DNA from: Gammaproteobacteria bacterium
GTDB taxonomy: Bacteria; Pseudomonadota; Gammaproteobacteria; UBA4575
NCBI GenBank assembly: GCA_965243395.1
Contig: CBDEUS010000001.1
Location: 800,001-864,000, forward strand
DNA: 64,000 nucleotides
Direction of reading: 5' to 3'
Of this stretch, positions 10,441-22,002 are shown piece by piece. Below the pieces are notes generated by a model. The model worked only from the letters and a program-made list of their open reading frames with translations. It was not told the origin of the DNA and searched no databases. Within the stretch, counting starts at the first letter, position 1. Every line of letters starts with the position of its first letter. The position numbers and the translations under genes were made by a program.

Positions 10441-13284
10441 ATGGACAAAGACGAGCTTATTAAACTTAGTGGCGGGCAACTTAATAGCAATAATGTTGCT
10501 TATGTAGAAGCGCTTTATGAAGATTACTTAAGCGATCCAGCAGCGGTGCCAGAATACTGGCGGGAGCTTTTTTCTAAGCTTAGTCCTACATCTTCCACCA
10601 ATATCTCTCATGCAAATGTGAGAACAAGTTTACGTGAACAGGCTAAAAATAAATCTCATGAGCCTGTTCCAACTATTACGGATGCGAATAATCGCAAACA
10701 GGTTGGTGTTATTCGTTTAATAAGTGCTTACCGCTATTTAGGTCATCGTCAGGCAGATATTGATCCGCTAGGTGCTGATGCACGCCCTGACATTCCTGAA
10801 TTGAATCCTGAATTTCATGGATTAACTCATTCTGACATGGAAACAGTTTTCGAAACAGGTTCCTTGGGAGGGGTTAAAAAGGCTCCGTTACGCGAAATAA
10901 TTAATATGCTTTCGGTAACTTATTGCGGAACGATTGGTTCGGAATTCAAGCATATTACATCACCGGAACAGAAGGAGTGGATACAAACACGTCTAGAGCA
11001 ATTTTATTTATCCAATGGGCTATCAGATAAACGTAAACGTACGATTTTAGAAACTTTAATTGCTGCAAAATCCTTAGAAGTTTATTTGCATAAAAAATAT
11101 GTTGGACAGAAACGTTTTTCGCTTGAAGGTGGTTTAAGTTTAATTGTAAGTGTCGATGAGATTATTCGACGTTGCGGCTTTCATAAGGTAAGCGAAGTCA
11201 TCATGGGAATGGCGCATCGGGGTCGACTCAATGTTCTGGTAAATATATTAGGTAAAAGTCCAGAAAAGCTATTTCAAGAGTTTGAGGATACTGCAGATCC
11301 AGTGAGTGGTTCTGGCGATGTAAAGTACCACAAAGGATTCTCTTCAGATTTAAAAACAGAGCATGGACCGGTACATACTGTACTTGCATTTAACCCGTCA
11401 CATTTAGAAGCTATAAATCCTGTAATTGAAGGCTCTGTTCGCGCAAGACAAGAAAGGCGTAATGATAAAGAACGTGTAGAAGCTATGCCGTTACTGATCC
11501 ATGGTGATGCAGCATTTGCTGGCCAAGGTGTAGTAATGGAAACCCTTAATCTTTCTAAAACACGTGGCTATACAACAGGTGGAAGTATTCATGTAATCGT
11601 AAATAATCAAATAGGTTTTACTACAAGCGATCCGCTTGATTCTCGTTCTACTTTATATTGCACAGATGTCGCGAAGATGGTGCAAGCACCTATTTTTCAT
11701 GTGAATGGCGATGACCCTGAAGCTGTTGCATATGTTTCAAAACTTGCTGTTGACTTTAGGATGAAATTCAAACGCGATGTAGTGATCGATATGATTTGTT
11801 ATCGACAGCATGGTCACAATGAAGCAGACGAGCCTTCAGTAACGCAACCGCTAATGTATCAAGCTATACGTCATAAAGAAGGTGTGCGAAAGGTATATGC
11901 AAATCGATTGATACGCAATAAAACCATCACTCCTCCAAGAGTTAAAGCTTTAGAAACTAAATATTTAAACAAACTCCAAAGAGGAGAACGTGTTTGCGGC
12001 CCTATAGCAAAAGGTGTAAGTCGTAAATTTGAAGTTAATTATAAGCCGTATATTGGAACTAACTGGCGTGAAAAAGCAAATACAAAAATAACGCAATCAC
12101 GCATAAGAGATCTTTCGCAAAAATTTACTGCGGTACCCAAAGGATTTACATTGCATCGAACAGTAGAAAGAATTATTGATGCTCGAATAAAAATGGGCAA
12201 AGGCGAATTGAATGCAGATTGGGGTTTTGGTGAAACACTGGCGTATGCATCATTGCTTGAAGAAGGTTTTGCAGTTCGTATTTCTGGTCAAGATTCTGTG
12301 CGTGGAACCTTTTTTCATCGTCATGCAGCTTTTCATGATCAATTGACTGGCAAAACTCATGTCCCATTACAACATATCGCTAAAGATCAACTATTATTTC
12401 TGCCGATAAATTCGCTGTTATCAGAAGAGGCTGTATTGGGCTATGAAGTAGGTTATAGCACTGCAGATCCTGAGACATTAGTTATTTGGGAAGCGCAGTT
12501 TGGTGATTTTGCAAATAATGCTCAAATGTATGTAGATCAATTTTTAAGTTCATCCGAGGCAAAGTGGCAGCGTTATTGTGGATTAGTGATGTTGTTACCA
12601 CATGGTTTTGACGGACAAGGGCCGGAACACTCATCTGCTAGATTAGAACGCTATTTGCAGCTTTGTGCTGAAGATAATATGCAGGTATGTATGCCAAGCT
12701 CGCCTTCACAAATCTTTCACATGTTGCGTAGGCAAATGTTACGTCCTTATCGTAAGCCTTTAATTGTAATGACACCAAAAAATATATTACGTGATCCACT
12801 AGCGGCATCACCACTACATGAATTTACCGAAGGCAATTTTAATAATGTGATCGATGAAGTCGAAGATGTAAATGCAGCTAGTATTAAGAAAATTATTTTT
12901 TGTGCGGGTAAGATATATTATGATTTAGCTAAGGCTCGCGCTGAGCATAAGATCAGCAATATAGCAATCATCCGAATTGAGCAGCTGTATCCTTTCCCAC
13001 AAGATGAAGTTAAACAACTAATTAGCAAGTATTCTGGAGCACGCGAGCTAGTATGGTGTCAGGAAGAGCCACGTAATCAAGGAGCATGGTTTTTTATACA
13101 ATCACGGCGAAACCTAAATGCATGTATTCGTGATAATCAAGTTTTGCGATATGCTGGGCGCACCTATTCAGCTTCACCTGCGGCGGGTTCTTTGCATATA
13201 CACAAAGAACAGCAACAAGCATTAATAGAAGACGCACTGGGTTTGCGCGAACAACAATCTAGACCACCACTGAGAGCTGTTTAA
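10441..13284 (+). CDS. sucA: 2-oxoglutarate dehydrogenase E1
   Basis: [32 protein letters not shown] (TPP binding), [16 protein letters not shown]. Confidence 0.97.
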   Translation: MDKDELIKLSGGQLNSNNVAYVEALYEDYLSDPAAVPEYWRELFSKLSPTSSTNISHANVRTSLREQAKNKSHEPVPTITDANNRKQVGVIRLISAYRYLGHRQADIDPLGADARPDIPELNPEFHGLTHSDMETVFETGSLGGVKKAPLREIINMLSVTYCGTIGSEFKHITSPEQKEWIQTRLEQFYLSNGLSDKRKRTILETLIAAKSLEVYLHKKYVGQKRFSLEGGLSLIVSVDEIIRRCGFHKVSEVIMGMAHRGRLNVLVNILGKSPEKLFQEFEDTADPVSGSGDVKYHKGFSSDLKTEHGPVHTVLAFNPSHLEAINPVIEGSVRARQERRNDKERVEAMPLLIHGDAAFAGQGVVMETLNLSKTRGYTTGGSIHVIVNNQIGFTTSDPLDSRSTLYCTDVAKMVQAPIFHVNGDDPEAVAYVSKLAVDFRMKFKRDVVIDMICYRQHGHNEADEPSVTQPLMYQAIRHKEGVRKVYANRLIRNKTITPPRVKALETKYLNKLQRGERVCGPIAKGVSRKFEVNYKPYIGTNWREKANTKITQSRIRDLSQKFTAVPKGFTLHRTVERIIDARIKMGKGELNADWGFGETLAYASLLEEGFAVRISGQDSVRGTFFHRHAAFHDQLTGKTHVPLQHIAKDQLLFLPINSLLSEEAVLGYEVGYSTADPETLVIWEAQFGDFANNAQMYVDQFLSSSEAKWQRYCGLVMLLPHGFDGQGPEHSSARLERYLQLCAEDNMQVCMPSSPSQIFHMLRRQMLRPYRKPLIVMTPKNILRDPLAASPLHEFTEGNFNNVIDEVEDVNAASIKKIIFCAGKIYYDLAKARAEHKISNIAIIRIEQLYPFPQDEVKQLISKYSGARELVWCQEEPRNQGAWFFIQSRRNLNACIRDNQVLRYAGRTYSASPAAGSLHIHKEQQQALIEDALGLREQQSRPPLRAV

Positions 13285-13310
13285 GAGTTGACGATTATAG
13301 AGGTAATGTC

Positions 13311-14606
13311 ATGAAAGTAGATGTAATTGTTCCTGAATTAGCAGAATCTGTTTCTGAAGCAATTATTGGCGAATGGCTAAAAAAGCCAGGTGAATTTGTA
13401 GAAGAGGGTGAGCAATTAGTAGATGTTGAAACTGATAAAGTTGTTTTAGAAATTACTGCGCCAGAAGCAGGCGAACTAGCTTCTATTTCAAAACATAAAA
13501 ATGATCTTGTAGAGAGTAATGAAATCATTGCTGTCATAAATACTAATAAGAAAGCGCCCAAACCACAGGAAAAAGTCGAAAAAGAATCAAGCGTTTCTGA
13601 GTATGTGGCTGCGGTAGCAAGTGCAAATAATGTTGCCCAATTTAAACCTCAGGCAAATTCTACATCTTCAAATACTGCAAATGCTGATAGTGACGCACCA
13701 AAAATAAGTAAGACTAGTCCAGCAGTGAGAAAATTGGCTGCTGAAAATAATATTGATGTCAGTGATGTCAAAGGTACGGGTAAAGATGGAAGAGTTACAA
13801 AAAAAGATATTCAAGCAGCTATAAATTCCAAGGACCCTGCAACGGCTAGTGAAATAGATTCTGCTACAGAAATTATGCTGGCACCTCAGTTTATACCTGC
13901 AAGTACGCGCGAAGATAAACGCGTGCCTATGACCAGCTTACGCAAAAGTATTTCTAAGCGTTTAGTACAGTCACAGCATGAAACTGCCATGTTGACGACA
14001 TTTAATGAAGTTAATATGCAAAGCATACTAGATTTGCGTAAACGTTATAAGGACGGGTTTGAAGAGTCACATGGCGTAAAGCTAGGCTTCATGTCTTTTT
14101 TTGTAAAAGCCGCAGTTGAAGCGCTTAAAGAATTCCCTATAGTAAATGCATCGGTTGAGGGCACGGATATCATATATCATGGTTATTTTGATATTGGTGT
14201 CGCAGTAAGCACGCAACGCGGTTTAATTGTGCCAATAGTGCGAGATGCTGATAGTCTATCTTTTGCTGGTGTTGAGAAAAAGATTAGTGACCTTGCAATA
14301 CGTGCGCAGGAAAATAAGGTGACTATTGAAGAGCTCACGGGCGGCACATTCACTATATCTAATGGTGGTGTTTTTGGTTCCATAATGTCTACTCCTATTA
14401 TTAATCCACCACAAAGTGCAATTTTAGGTATGCACTCAATTCAAGCACGTCCAATTGCGCAAAACGGAGAAGTAGTCATTGCGCCTATGATGTATCTAGC
14501 ATTGAGCTACGACCATCGAATTATTGATGGGAAAGAAGCCGTGCAATTTTTAAGTCATATTAAGAATATTATTGAAGATCCAAATCGATTGTTGCTACAA
14601 GTCTAA
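13311..14606 (+). CDS. sucB: Dihydrolipoyllysine succinyltransferase (E2)
   Basis: Lipoyl motif ETDKV, E3-binding [12 protein letters not shown], catalytic DHRIIDG. Confidence 0.97.
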   Translation: MKVDVIVPELAESVSEAIIGEWLKKPGEFVEEGEQLVDVETDKVVLEITAPEAGELASISKHKNDLVESNEIIAVINTNKKAPKPQEKVEKESSVSEYVAAVASANNVAQFKPQANSTSSNTANADSDAPKISKTSPAVRKLAAENNIDVSDVKGTGKDGRVTKKDIQAAINSKDPATASEIDSATEIMLAPQFIPASTREDKRVPMTSLRKSISKRLVQSQHETAMLTTFNEVNMQSILDLRKRYKDGFEESHGVKLGFMSFFVKAAVEALKEFPIVNASVEGTDIIYHGYFDIGVAVSTQRGLIVPIVRDADSLSFAGVEKKISDLAIRAQENKVTIEELTGGTFTISNGGVFGSIMSTPIINPPQSAILGMHSIQARPIAQNGEVVIAPMMYLALSYDHRIIDGKEAVQFLSHIKNIIEDPNRLLLQV

Positions 14607-14615
14607 GAAGAATTA

Positions 14616-16034
14616 ATGAAAGAGTATGATGTAGTTGTAATTGGCGCAGGTCCCGCAGGCTATGTTTGTGCAATTCGTTGTGCGCAGCTAGGTATGAAAG
14701 TCGCCTGTATCGATGAGTGGGTAAACTCTAAAGGTAAATCCACGCTTGGCGGCACATGTTTGAATGTAGGCTGTATCCCTTCAAAAGCATTGCTTGATTC
14801 AAGCCATCATGTGCATTTTTTGCATGAGCAGGCTAAAGAGCATGGTATTAAAATTGGCAATCTTGAAATAGATGTACCCACCATGCAAAAGCGCAAGGAT
14901 AAAGTGGTACAGGTCCTCACTGGCGGCGTGGCCAGTTTGTTAAAGAAAAATAAAGTTGATGTTCATATTGGTACGGCAAGTTTTTCTTCTCAAAATGTTG
15001 TTAGCGTTAGAAATAATGCTGTAGGGACCTCAGAAGAGGTGCGAGGAAAGCATATTGTTATTGCCAGTGGTTCAGTTCCGATTGATATTCCCATTGCAAA
15101 TGTAGATCAACAAACGATATTAGATTCCACTGGCGCACTTAGCTTACTAGAGGTACCGAAACGTTTAGGGATCATTGGCGCGGGTGTGATTGGATTGGAA
15201 ATGGGCAGTATATGGAAACGTTTAGGATCTGAAGTCATTATTCTTGAAGCAGTTGCTGATTTTCTCCCTACCGTGGATTCTGCGATTTCAAAAGAAGCCA
15301 AAAAAATATTAATCAAACAAGGATTAGATATTCGTCTCAGCAGCTTAGTTAAAGATGTAAGTGTCAGTAGTGATAAGGCGTTGGTTAAATATGAGTCGGG
15401 CGACGAAGAAAAATCATTGGAAGTTGATAAACTAATTATAGCGGTTGGACGCAAAGCAAATACTGCAAACTTAAGTTTAGAAGTTGCAAACATTAAAACT
15501 GATGATAAAGGTTTTATCGAGACGGATGAGCAATGGAAAACATCTGCAGACAACGTGTATGCAATCGGTGATGTTATAGGTGGTCCAATGCTTGCACATA
15601 AGGGTTCGGAAGAAGGCATTGCAGTTGCTGAGCTACTTGCTGGACAGTATGCTGTGATGAACCATGATTATGTTCCTTGGGTAATTTATACGTGGCCGGA
15701 GATTGCCTGGGCGGGTAAAACCGAGCAAGATTGTAAAGACTCCAAAATCAAGTATAAAGTTGGGACATTTCCTTTTATGGCGCTAGGCCGTGCACGCGCA
15801 ATGGGGGACACAGAAGGAATGTTTAAGATTATTAGTGATCAAGCAAATGACCAAATTCTAGGGGTACATATCCTTGGCCCTAATGCCTCTGAGTTAATTT
15901 CTGAAGCTGTAGTGGCAATGGAGTCTGAGCTATCAAGTGAGGATCTTGCTCGTACTATTCATGCTCATCCAAGCTTAGCCGAAGGCTTGCATGAGGCCGC
16001 ACTTGCAGTAGATAAGCGAGCGATTCATATATAG
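14616..16034 (+). CDS. lpdA: Dihydrolipoyl dehydrogenase (E3)
   Basis: GAGPAG, GGTCLNVGCIPSK redox disulfide, HAHPSLAE. Confidence 0.97.
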   Translation: MKEYDVVVIGAGPAGYVCAIRCAQLGMKVACIDEWVNSKGKSTLGGTCLNVGCIPSKALLDSSHHVHFLHEQAKEHGIKIGNLEIDVPTMQKRKDKVVQVLTGGVASLLKKNKVDVHIGTASFSSQNVVSVRNNAVGTSEEVRGKHIVIASGSVPIDIPIANVDQQTILDSTGALSLLEVPKRLGIIGAGVIGLEMGSIWKRLGSEVIILEAVADFLPTVDSAISKEAKKILIKQGLDIRLSSLVKDVSVSSDKALVKYESGDEEKSLEVDKLIIAVGRKANTANLSLEVANIKTDDKGFIETDEQWKTSADNVYAIGDVIGGPMLAHKGSEEGIAVAELLAGQYAVMNHDYVPWVIYTWPEIAWAGKTEQDCKDSKIKYKVGTFPFMALGRARAMGDTEGMFKIISDQANDQILGVHILGPNASELISEAVVAMESELSSEDLARTIHAHPSLAEGLHEAALAVDKRAIHI

Positions 16035-16078
16035 TCTTACTATATCCGTTAACCTTGAAATAATTATTACTCATAAAA

Positions 16079-16522
16079 ATGAATTGGAATATATATTTAT
16101 CTGGAGAGATCCATACGGATTGGCGCCAACAAATTAAATTTGGTGCTGAGAAAAATAATCTACCCGTAACCTTTACTTCTGCAGTAACTGATCATGAAGC
16201 CAGTGATGCTGCTGGAGATTTATTGGGTAAAGAAAATAATAATTTTTGGCGTGATCATAAATCATCTAAAGTGAATAGTATTCGCACTAAAACTTTGATA
16301 GAGAGATGTGATGTAGCGGTAGTTCGATTTGGTGACAAATTTAAACAATGGAATGCTGCATTTGATGCCGGTTGTTGCGCCGCACTTGGCAAACCTTATA
16401 TCACTTTACATGACGAGGAAATTATCCACCCATTAAAAGAAGTAGATGCAGCTGCAATGGCATGGGCGCAAACACCTGATCAGGTAGTAGATATTCTAAA
16501 ATATGTGATCAATAAAGAATAA
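16079..16522 (+). CDS. YtoQ family protein
   Basis: YLSGEIHTDWR...VVRFGDKFKQWNAAFDAG...HPLKEVDAAA signature. Confidence 0.88.
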   Translation: MNWNIYLSGEIHTDWRQQIKFGAEKNNLPVTFTSAVTDHEASDAAGDLLGKENNNFWRDHKSSKVNSIRTKTLIERCDVAVVRFGDKFKQWNAAFDAGCCAALGKPYITLHDEEIIHPLKEVDAAAMAWAQTPDQVVDILKYVINKE

Positions 16523-16571
16523 GTTCACATAGTAAACTCATCTTAAATTTTCAAGCAATAAATAATTTGCC

Positions 16572-17555
16572 ATGAAATATGTAGAAGTAGTTGCAGATGA
16601 AGGGCATGTAGATACGGTAGCTGCAATTGCTGAACAACTTGAAGTTCCAGACTTTCGATTAGGTCACCTGGATGATGACGGATTACAGCAAATGCGTTTG
16701 TTGGTACCGGATAATAAAATTCAAGATGCTCTTGATAAATTGCAGCAGGCTTTAGACACACAACCTAATGAAAAAATTGTTGTCTTGCCAATAGAAGTTT
16801 CACTTCCTAAATTGTCCAATGAACAGCGCAGGGAAGAAGACCTTGCAACAGAAACACGAGAAGCTTTATATAATGGTGTTGAAAAAAATTCACATCTAGA
16901 TACAAGTTTCGTTTTATTAGTAATCTTATCTACTGTTGTTGCTGCCGTTGGCCTTATTAAAGATAATGTTGCAGTGATTATTGGTGCAATGGTGATTGCA
17001 CCATTATTAGGGCCAAATCTTGCTCTGGGGTTAGGCACAGCTCTGGGCGATATTTCATTGATGATGAAATCAGCTTTCACAACGTTAGTAGGTATCATCA
17101 TAGCTGTAATCTTTTCGGTCGTAATCGGGTTTGTTTGGCCTACTGACACTTTCAGCAGTGAGCTAATTTCTCGCACCGAAGTAGGGTTAGATTCAATAGC
17201 ACTAGCTTTAGCCTCTGGTGCGGCGGCGGCATTGTCTTTAACGACAGGGTTATCGAGTGTACTAGTAGGCGTAATGGTAGCAGTCGCGTTACTGCCTCCT
17301 GCAGCTACTGTTGGAATTATGATGGGTTATGGCAATGTAAGTTTTGCTCTTGGAGCAGCATTACTTTTAGCTATCAATATAGTGTGTGTAAATTTAGCTT
17401 GTAATATTGTATTTCTAACTAAAGGTGTTAGCCCGCGCAAATGGTGGAAAAAAGAGAAAGCGAAGAAAAGTATGAAAGCGTACGTGCTTATGTGGATAGT
17501 TACGTTACTTATTCTTATATTGATTATGTACGCTAGAAAAAGTTTAGAGATTTAA
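16572..17555 (+). CDS. TIGR00341/DUF389 family membrane protein
   Basis: VIIGAMVIAPLLGP, GVMVAVALLPPA; soluble N-domain followed by about 7 TM helices. Confidence 0.88.
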   Translation: MKYVEVVADEGHVDTVAAIAEQLEVPDFRLGHLDDDGLQQMRLLVPDNKIQDALDKLQQALDTQPNEKIVVLPIEVSLPKLSNEQRREEDLATETREALYNGVEKNSHLDTSFVLLVILSTVVAAVGLIKDNVAVIIGAMVIAPLLGPNLALGLGTALGDISLMMKSAFTTLVGIIIAVIFSVVIGFVWPTDTFSSELISRTEVGLDSIALALASGAAAALSLTTGLSSVLVGVMVAVALLPPAATVGIMMGYGNVSFALGAALLLAINIVCVNLACNIVFLTKGVSPRKWWKKEKAKKSMKAYVLMWIVTLLILILIMYARKSLEI

Positions 17556-17557
17556 CG

Positions 17558-18958
17558 TTATTCTGGGTCGAGTTCGCCATCAGCTTCAACATCTAAATTT
17601 TCCTCATCCTCTTTAACCATTTCTTCCTGGTTAGATTCAATACCAATATGGTATGCAGCAAAACCCGGCATCACTACTTGGTTAACTGCCATACCGATAA
17701 TATGGCCGTTGATAGGGGATTCTAAATTGGTACTTTGGTTAGTAATGGGATCAGTGACTACACCTAATACGTCCCCAATTGAAACGTCATCTCCTAAACC
17801 CATTTGGCTAAATAGAATTCCACCACTTTCAACACGCACCCAAGTAGATTCGTAATATGCAGGCTTGGGTTTACCCCAAATAAGAACCCGAGGATACATT
17901 TCGAATTTTTCTAGTACACTGTTTACACTGTGTGTGCCTGCAGTAATCTGATTTTCTTGGATTCGCAATGACTCACCCAATTCCATGGTGATGGCAATAA
18001 TTCCTACGTTGTTTGCAGCCGTACGCAACATGCCAGGGTTTCCTGCATGATGAACGACAGCAATTTTATCGAAGCCTTCAACAAATTCTGCAACTTTTGG
18101 ATTACTCATATTTGCACGTATTTGAGGTAGGTTTGTTCTTCTTAATGAGCCGGTATGTAAATCAATTAAGTAATTGCAATGACTGATAACTTCTGAGAAC
18201 AATGAATATGCAATGCGGGAAGCTAAGCTACCATTTTTCTCTCCTGGGAAAAAACGATTTAAGTCGCGCCTATCTGATAGATATCGAGAGCCCCTTTGAA
18301 ACCCTTGCAAGTTCACAATAGGTACTCCTATCAATGTGCCATTTAAATCTTCAGGTTTGATGTCATACATCACACGACGAACAACTTCTATTCCATTTAA
18401 TTCATCACCATGAATTGCCCCAGTTAAGCACAGGGTGGGCCCAGGATTTGCCCCATTAATTACTAATACGGGTGTAGGAAGCGACAAACCAGAAATACTA
18501 ACTTGAGGAGACCAGGCGAGACGGGTAGAAGTAGCAGGTGGGACTTCAGAGCCTAAAATAACTAATTTTTCACGTTCGGGTTTTTCACGTACAGCGGTAG
18601 CATCTGGATATTTTTTTTCATCATCAATAGATTCTATTTCTACAGAAACATCCTCTTCAGTTTCTTCCTGTGTCTCGGATTCAATTTCATCAGATGCAGG
18701 CGTGGTGACAACAGGCTCCGGTAATGGTGCAACTTCTTTAAGATCTAAATTAGGGGCAACTTTTACTTCCTCATTATCATCAGTAGCTTCTAAAATAGTT
18801 TCTTGATCTGTTGCTATACTTTCTTTTTCATTGGCATAACAAATATTCATTAGCTGAGCTAATAAAAAAAATAAAACCCAAGTGAAGAGATAAATTTTGT
18901 TAGTACAATGAGCAATCACTGCATTGTGTTCCTTGGTGTGGCTATAAGGTTTGTGCAA
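17558..18958 (-). CDS. Succinylglutamate desuccinylase/aspartoacylase (M14-like) family peptidase with N-terminal hydrophobic segment and acidic linker
   Basis: AIHGDELNG, RDLNRFFPG, IDLHTG Zn-carboxypeptidase motifs; start overlaps the stop of the upstream ATP-grasp gene. Confidence 0.88.
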   Translation of the reverse strand: MHKPYSHTKEHNAVIAHCTNKIYLFTWVLFFLLAQLMNICYANEKESIATDQETILEATDDNEEVKVAPNLDLKEVAPLPEPVVTTPASDEIESETQEETEEDVSVEIESIDDEKKYPDATAVREKPEREKLVILGSEVPPATSTRLAWSPQVSISGLSLPTPVLVINGANPGPTLCLTGAIHGDELNGIEVVRRVMYDIKPEDLNGTLIGVPIVNLQGFQRGSRYLSDRRDLNRFFPGEKNGSLASRIAYSLFSEVISHCNYLIDLHTGSLRRTNLPQIRANMSNPKVAEFVEGFDKIAVVHHAGNPGMLRTAANNVGIIAITMELGESLRIQENQITAGTHSVNSVLEKFEMYPRVLIWGKPKPAYYESTWVRVESGGILFSQMGLGDDVSIGDVLGVVTDPITNQSTNLESPINGHIIGMAVNQVVMPGFAAYHIGIESNQEEMVKEDEENLDVEADGELDPE

Positions 18959-19880
18959 AAGTTACGCGCTGATCTACGGATGGAGGGATTTTCTCTAAAT
19001 TTTCAATAGTTTGTAAACTTGATAAAAGTCCACGTTGGTTTGCTAACTGTACATTCAAACCGGGTCGAGCATTCAATTCAAGCATTAATGGTCCGAGCGC
19101 GCGGTCTAAGACGATATCCACACCTAAATAGCCCAATCCGACTGTATCCGAGCATTTTACAGCAATTTGCAAAATTTCTTCCCATCGAGGAATTTGTATG
19201 TCGCATATTGAATTTCCGGTATCAGGATGATGATCCGTAACGAGATTACCTACAACCGCATGAGTCGTGCAACCCGTTGACAGATCGATACCAACACCGA
19301 TTGCTCCTTGATGCAAATTTGCTTTACCTTTTGATTGCCTGGTAGGAAGGCGCACCATAGCTGAAACAGGCACGCCTCGAAAAACGATAATGCGAATATC
19401 TGGTACGCCCTTGTAACTAATTTTATTGAATATCGGATTAAACTTAATCCGATATTCTAAAAATGCATGATCAGGTATACCGCCTAAACTGTACATACCT
19501 GATAATATATTTGATACATAATGCTTAATTGCATTAATGCTCATTAGATCACCACTTGTTGTTTTATAAAGGTTACCAACTTTTCCGTGGAAAACTAAAA
19601 TTCCGTTTCCACCGCTACCGTGAGCAGGTTTAATTACTAAATCACCAAATTTATCTAAAAGTTTTTCTAATTTTTTCCGTTGATGATGATATTTAATTGT
19701 TGCATATAGTTTCGGGACTGCAATGCCTGCGCTAATAGCAAGCTGTTTGGTTTGTAGCTTATTATCAACAAGTGGGTAGTGACTACGTTTGTTATAGCGC
19801 ATGATGTAATCACTATTACGTTGGTTAATTCCGAGCACGCCTTCAGACTTTAGGCGAAATGGGTTAACAAAATTAATCAT
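18942..19880 (-). CDS. Alpha-L-glutamate ligase-like (RimK-related) ATP-grasp protein
   Basis: GINQRN..YIMRYN.R..YPLVDNKL, KPAHGSGGNGI, GVPDIRII, KANLHQGAIG, LELNARPGL. Confidence 0.92.
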   Translation of the reverse strand: MINFVNPFRLKSEGVLGINQRNSDYIMRYNKRSHYPLVDNKLQTKQLAISAGIAVPKLYATIKYHHQRKKLEKLLDKFGDLVIKPAHGSGGNGILVFHGKVGNLYKTTSGDLMSINAIKHYVSNILSGMYSLGGIPDHAFLEYRIKFNPIFNKISYKGVPDIRIIVFRGVPVSAMVRLPTRQSKGKANLHQGAIGVGIDLSTGCTTHAVVGNLVTDHHPDTGNSICDIQIPRWEEILQIAVKCSDTVGLGYLGVDIVLDRALGPLMLELNARPGLNVQLANQRGLLSSLQTIENLEKIPPSVDQRVTFAQTL

Positions 19881-19885
19881 ATTAA

Positions 19886-21409
19886 TTAGTTAGAAGATTG
19901 TATTTCGCGGAATCTAAATAATTCACTAATTCTGTACCCTGTGTAACGCCCCATCCAAATACAAATACCTAAAACTACGAATAAAAATTCAGGAAAAGCG
20001 AACATTAAATAAGTCAGGTGTGGATTGGTCATTATAAGAAATCCTAAACATGCTACAACAAGACTGCCAAATCCTTGTACTAAGGCAGTCTGCGCACCAC
20101 TTTCTTCCCATGTGATTGACATGCGTTCGATTGTCATGGCTAAAATGACCATTGGAAATAATGATATCGATAACAATCGGTCTAAACCAAGTCGACTAGT
20201 AAAGTAACTAATTACTAACATTAGGATGACTACGATCACCAAAATAGCTGCAAGTCTGGGTATTAAAAGTAAACGCAAGCGCTCAAGATACAACCTTATC
20301 AATAAGCCAATAAAAACGATTACGGTAAAAAGGATTACTCCCCATAAGAGTTGCGTTTCACGGAATGCAATTGCTATTAAAATAGGCATGAATGTTCCGA
20401 ACGTTTGCACACCAACAAAAGTTCTCATAAATACAACGAGTAATGCACCTAATGGAACCATCAAAATTAAACTAAAAGTATTTTGTTTGTGGACGGGTAG
20501 TGCAAATAATGTCAGCTTGCCAAGAATAGCTTTGTCTTTCTTTGCAGCAAGCTTTGATACTTCTAGCAGTTCCATGAATGATTTGGTAACTGAAAATTTT
20601 ATCTCCGCAGTATCGCCACCTTTTAATGTATATAAAGGTCCGTTTCCAACTTTCCAAATCACATAACTCGGTGGGACACCAGACACTCCAGTTTTAGGAT
20701 TAAATGTTAGCCATTCATCGCCATTATAGGATTGAATGAATACTTGAGGGATAACGTCATTTGCAGCGTCCGCAAGTTCAATAGCCCAAATTTTACGTGT
20801 AGGAATATGTGCGACAGCAAGGAGCTTAGTTATTAGATTTGCAACTTGCTCGTCTGTTCGCGCCAAACTTTTAACTAAAGAAATATTTTCGTTTTTGTCG
20901 GAAGAGCGTAATTGATTTATTAACTCATAGGTAAAAGATGCTGTATCTGCTGATTGCCTGCGTACATCTTCAATTATTTTATTTACGGCGGTTGCATATG
21001 GCTCAATAAATTCTGGTGCTTGGGGATAATCAGGCACACTGGCCCACTTCGTTGCTACATTAAAACGAGTGATGGTAGTCCTATAATATAAGGTTTGTTC
21101 ACCTAATGCTTTGCGTTTAGCCCATACAGCAGTTTTATTATCACCACGAACTTTCGCATTAAGCCCAAAGTCACCAGAAATATAGTGCTCATCAATTTTT
21201 ATATAGCCAGGTGTAATATTCGGGACAGCCATTGAAGCTTTAATATTTCTACCATTACCATTAAATGATAGCTTTGCTTGTATCGTCCAGGTTTGAGTTG
21301 TTGCATCAGGTACAACTGGCATTCCTAATTGAAATACCTTATGTGAAAAAATCGCTAAACCAATCGCGACAAAAAAAATAGACCAGAAGTGGACTGCTAA
21401 TTTTTGCAT
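19886..21409 (-). CDS. Inactive transglutaminase-like domain fused to a 7TM domain (RloB/UUP1-like)
   Basis: N-terminal TM, soluble domain, then GVQTFGTFMPILIAIAF, LLLIPRLA, LFPMVILAMTIERMSI, GRYTGYRISELFRF. Confidence 0.9.
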   Translation of the reverse strand: MQKLAVHFWSIFFVAIGLAIFSHKVFQLGMPVVPDATTQTWTIQAKLSFNGNGRNIKASMAVPNITPGYIKIDEHYISGDFGLNAKVRGDNKTAVWAKRKALGEQTLYYRTTITRFNVATKWASVPDYPQAPEFIEPYATAVNKIIEDVRRQSADTASFTYELINQLRSSDKNENISLVKSLARTDEQVANLITKLLAVAHIPTRKIWAIELADAANDVIPQVFIQSYNGDEWLTFNPKTGVSGVPPSYVIWKVGNGPLYTLKGGDTAEIKFSVTKSFMELLEVSKLAAKKDKAILGKLTLFALPVHKQNTFSLILMVPLGALLVVFMRTFVGVQTFGTFMPILIAIAFRETQLLWGVILFTVIVFIGLLIRLYLERLRLLLIPRLAAILVIVVILMLVISYFTSRLGLDRLLSISLFPMVILAMTIERMSITWEESGAQTALVQGFGSLVVACLGFLIMTNPHLTYLMFAFPEFLFVVLGICIWMGRYTGYRISELFRFREIQSSN

Positions 21410-21477
21410 AGTGATGTACGTGTAAAAGCTTGGAATGCTATGGAATAAAGTTCAGCATACCTAAGCAATTATAGTGC

Positions 21478-22002
21478 TTACTCACAATTTGCAGTAGTGA
21501 GAAAAATCTGATTTGAATCAACAACAGCAACTTTTTTGAGGAATTGTCTTCCGAGTAATATGTCATAAATATACTCAGTGCGATCCGCCAACGTGAATTC
21601 AGTGGTATACATTTGGCCGTTAAAGCAAATATCAAAATCGACTACATGTCGTTTATCGTGGATACCGTCATGATTTTTTATATTAGTTCTTCGTGAACGA
21701 GGCATGTCCATCTGAAGCTTATGAGTAATGTCCTTGTTATCAGTAAGTACTAAAGTAAATTTCACCCATCGTTTTCCATCTTTTTTATAAGATTTAATAT
21801 CTCTAGCATGTATAGATGAGGTGCGTGCACCAGTATCGAGCTTCGCTTTAACTTCGAAATTTTGGTTATCAATACGAACTTTTTCAACCCAACCTGTAAT
21901 TACCTTTGCTGGATCTTTTGCTTGTAAATTATTTGAGGTTAGTGAACTCAAGATCAGCAATAGCACAAGAAATACATTATTTTTTAGAGGGGAGATATTC
22001 AT
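21478..22002 (-). CDS. Exported retropepsin-like aspartic peptidase (RimB/RloA-like, 'ATP-dependent Zn protease' family)
   Basis: Signal peptide; GWVEKV, AKLDTGARTSSI, FTLADR, LLGRQFL. Confidence 0.9.
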   Translation of the reverse strand: MNISPLKNNVFLVLLLILSSLTSNNLQAKDPAKVITGWVEKVRIDNQNFEVKAKLDTGARTSSIHARDIKSYKKDGKRWVKFTLVLTDNKDITHKLQMDMPRSRRTNIKNHDGIHDKRHVVDFDICFNGQMYTTEFTLADRTEYIYDILLGRQFLKKVAVVDSNQIFLTTANCE

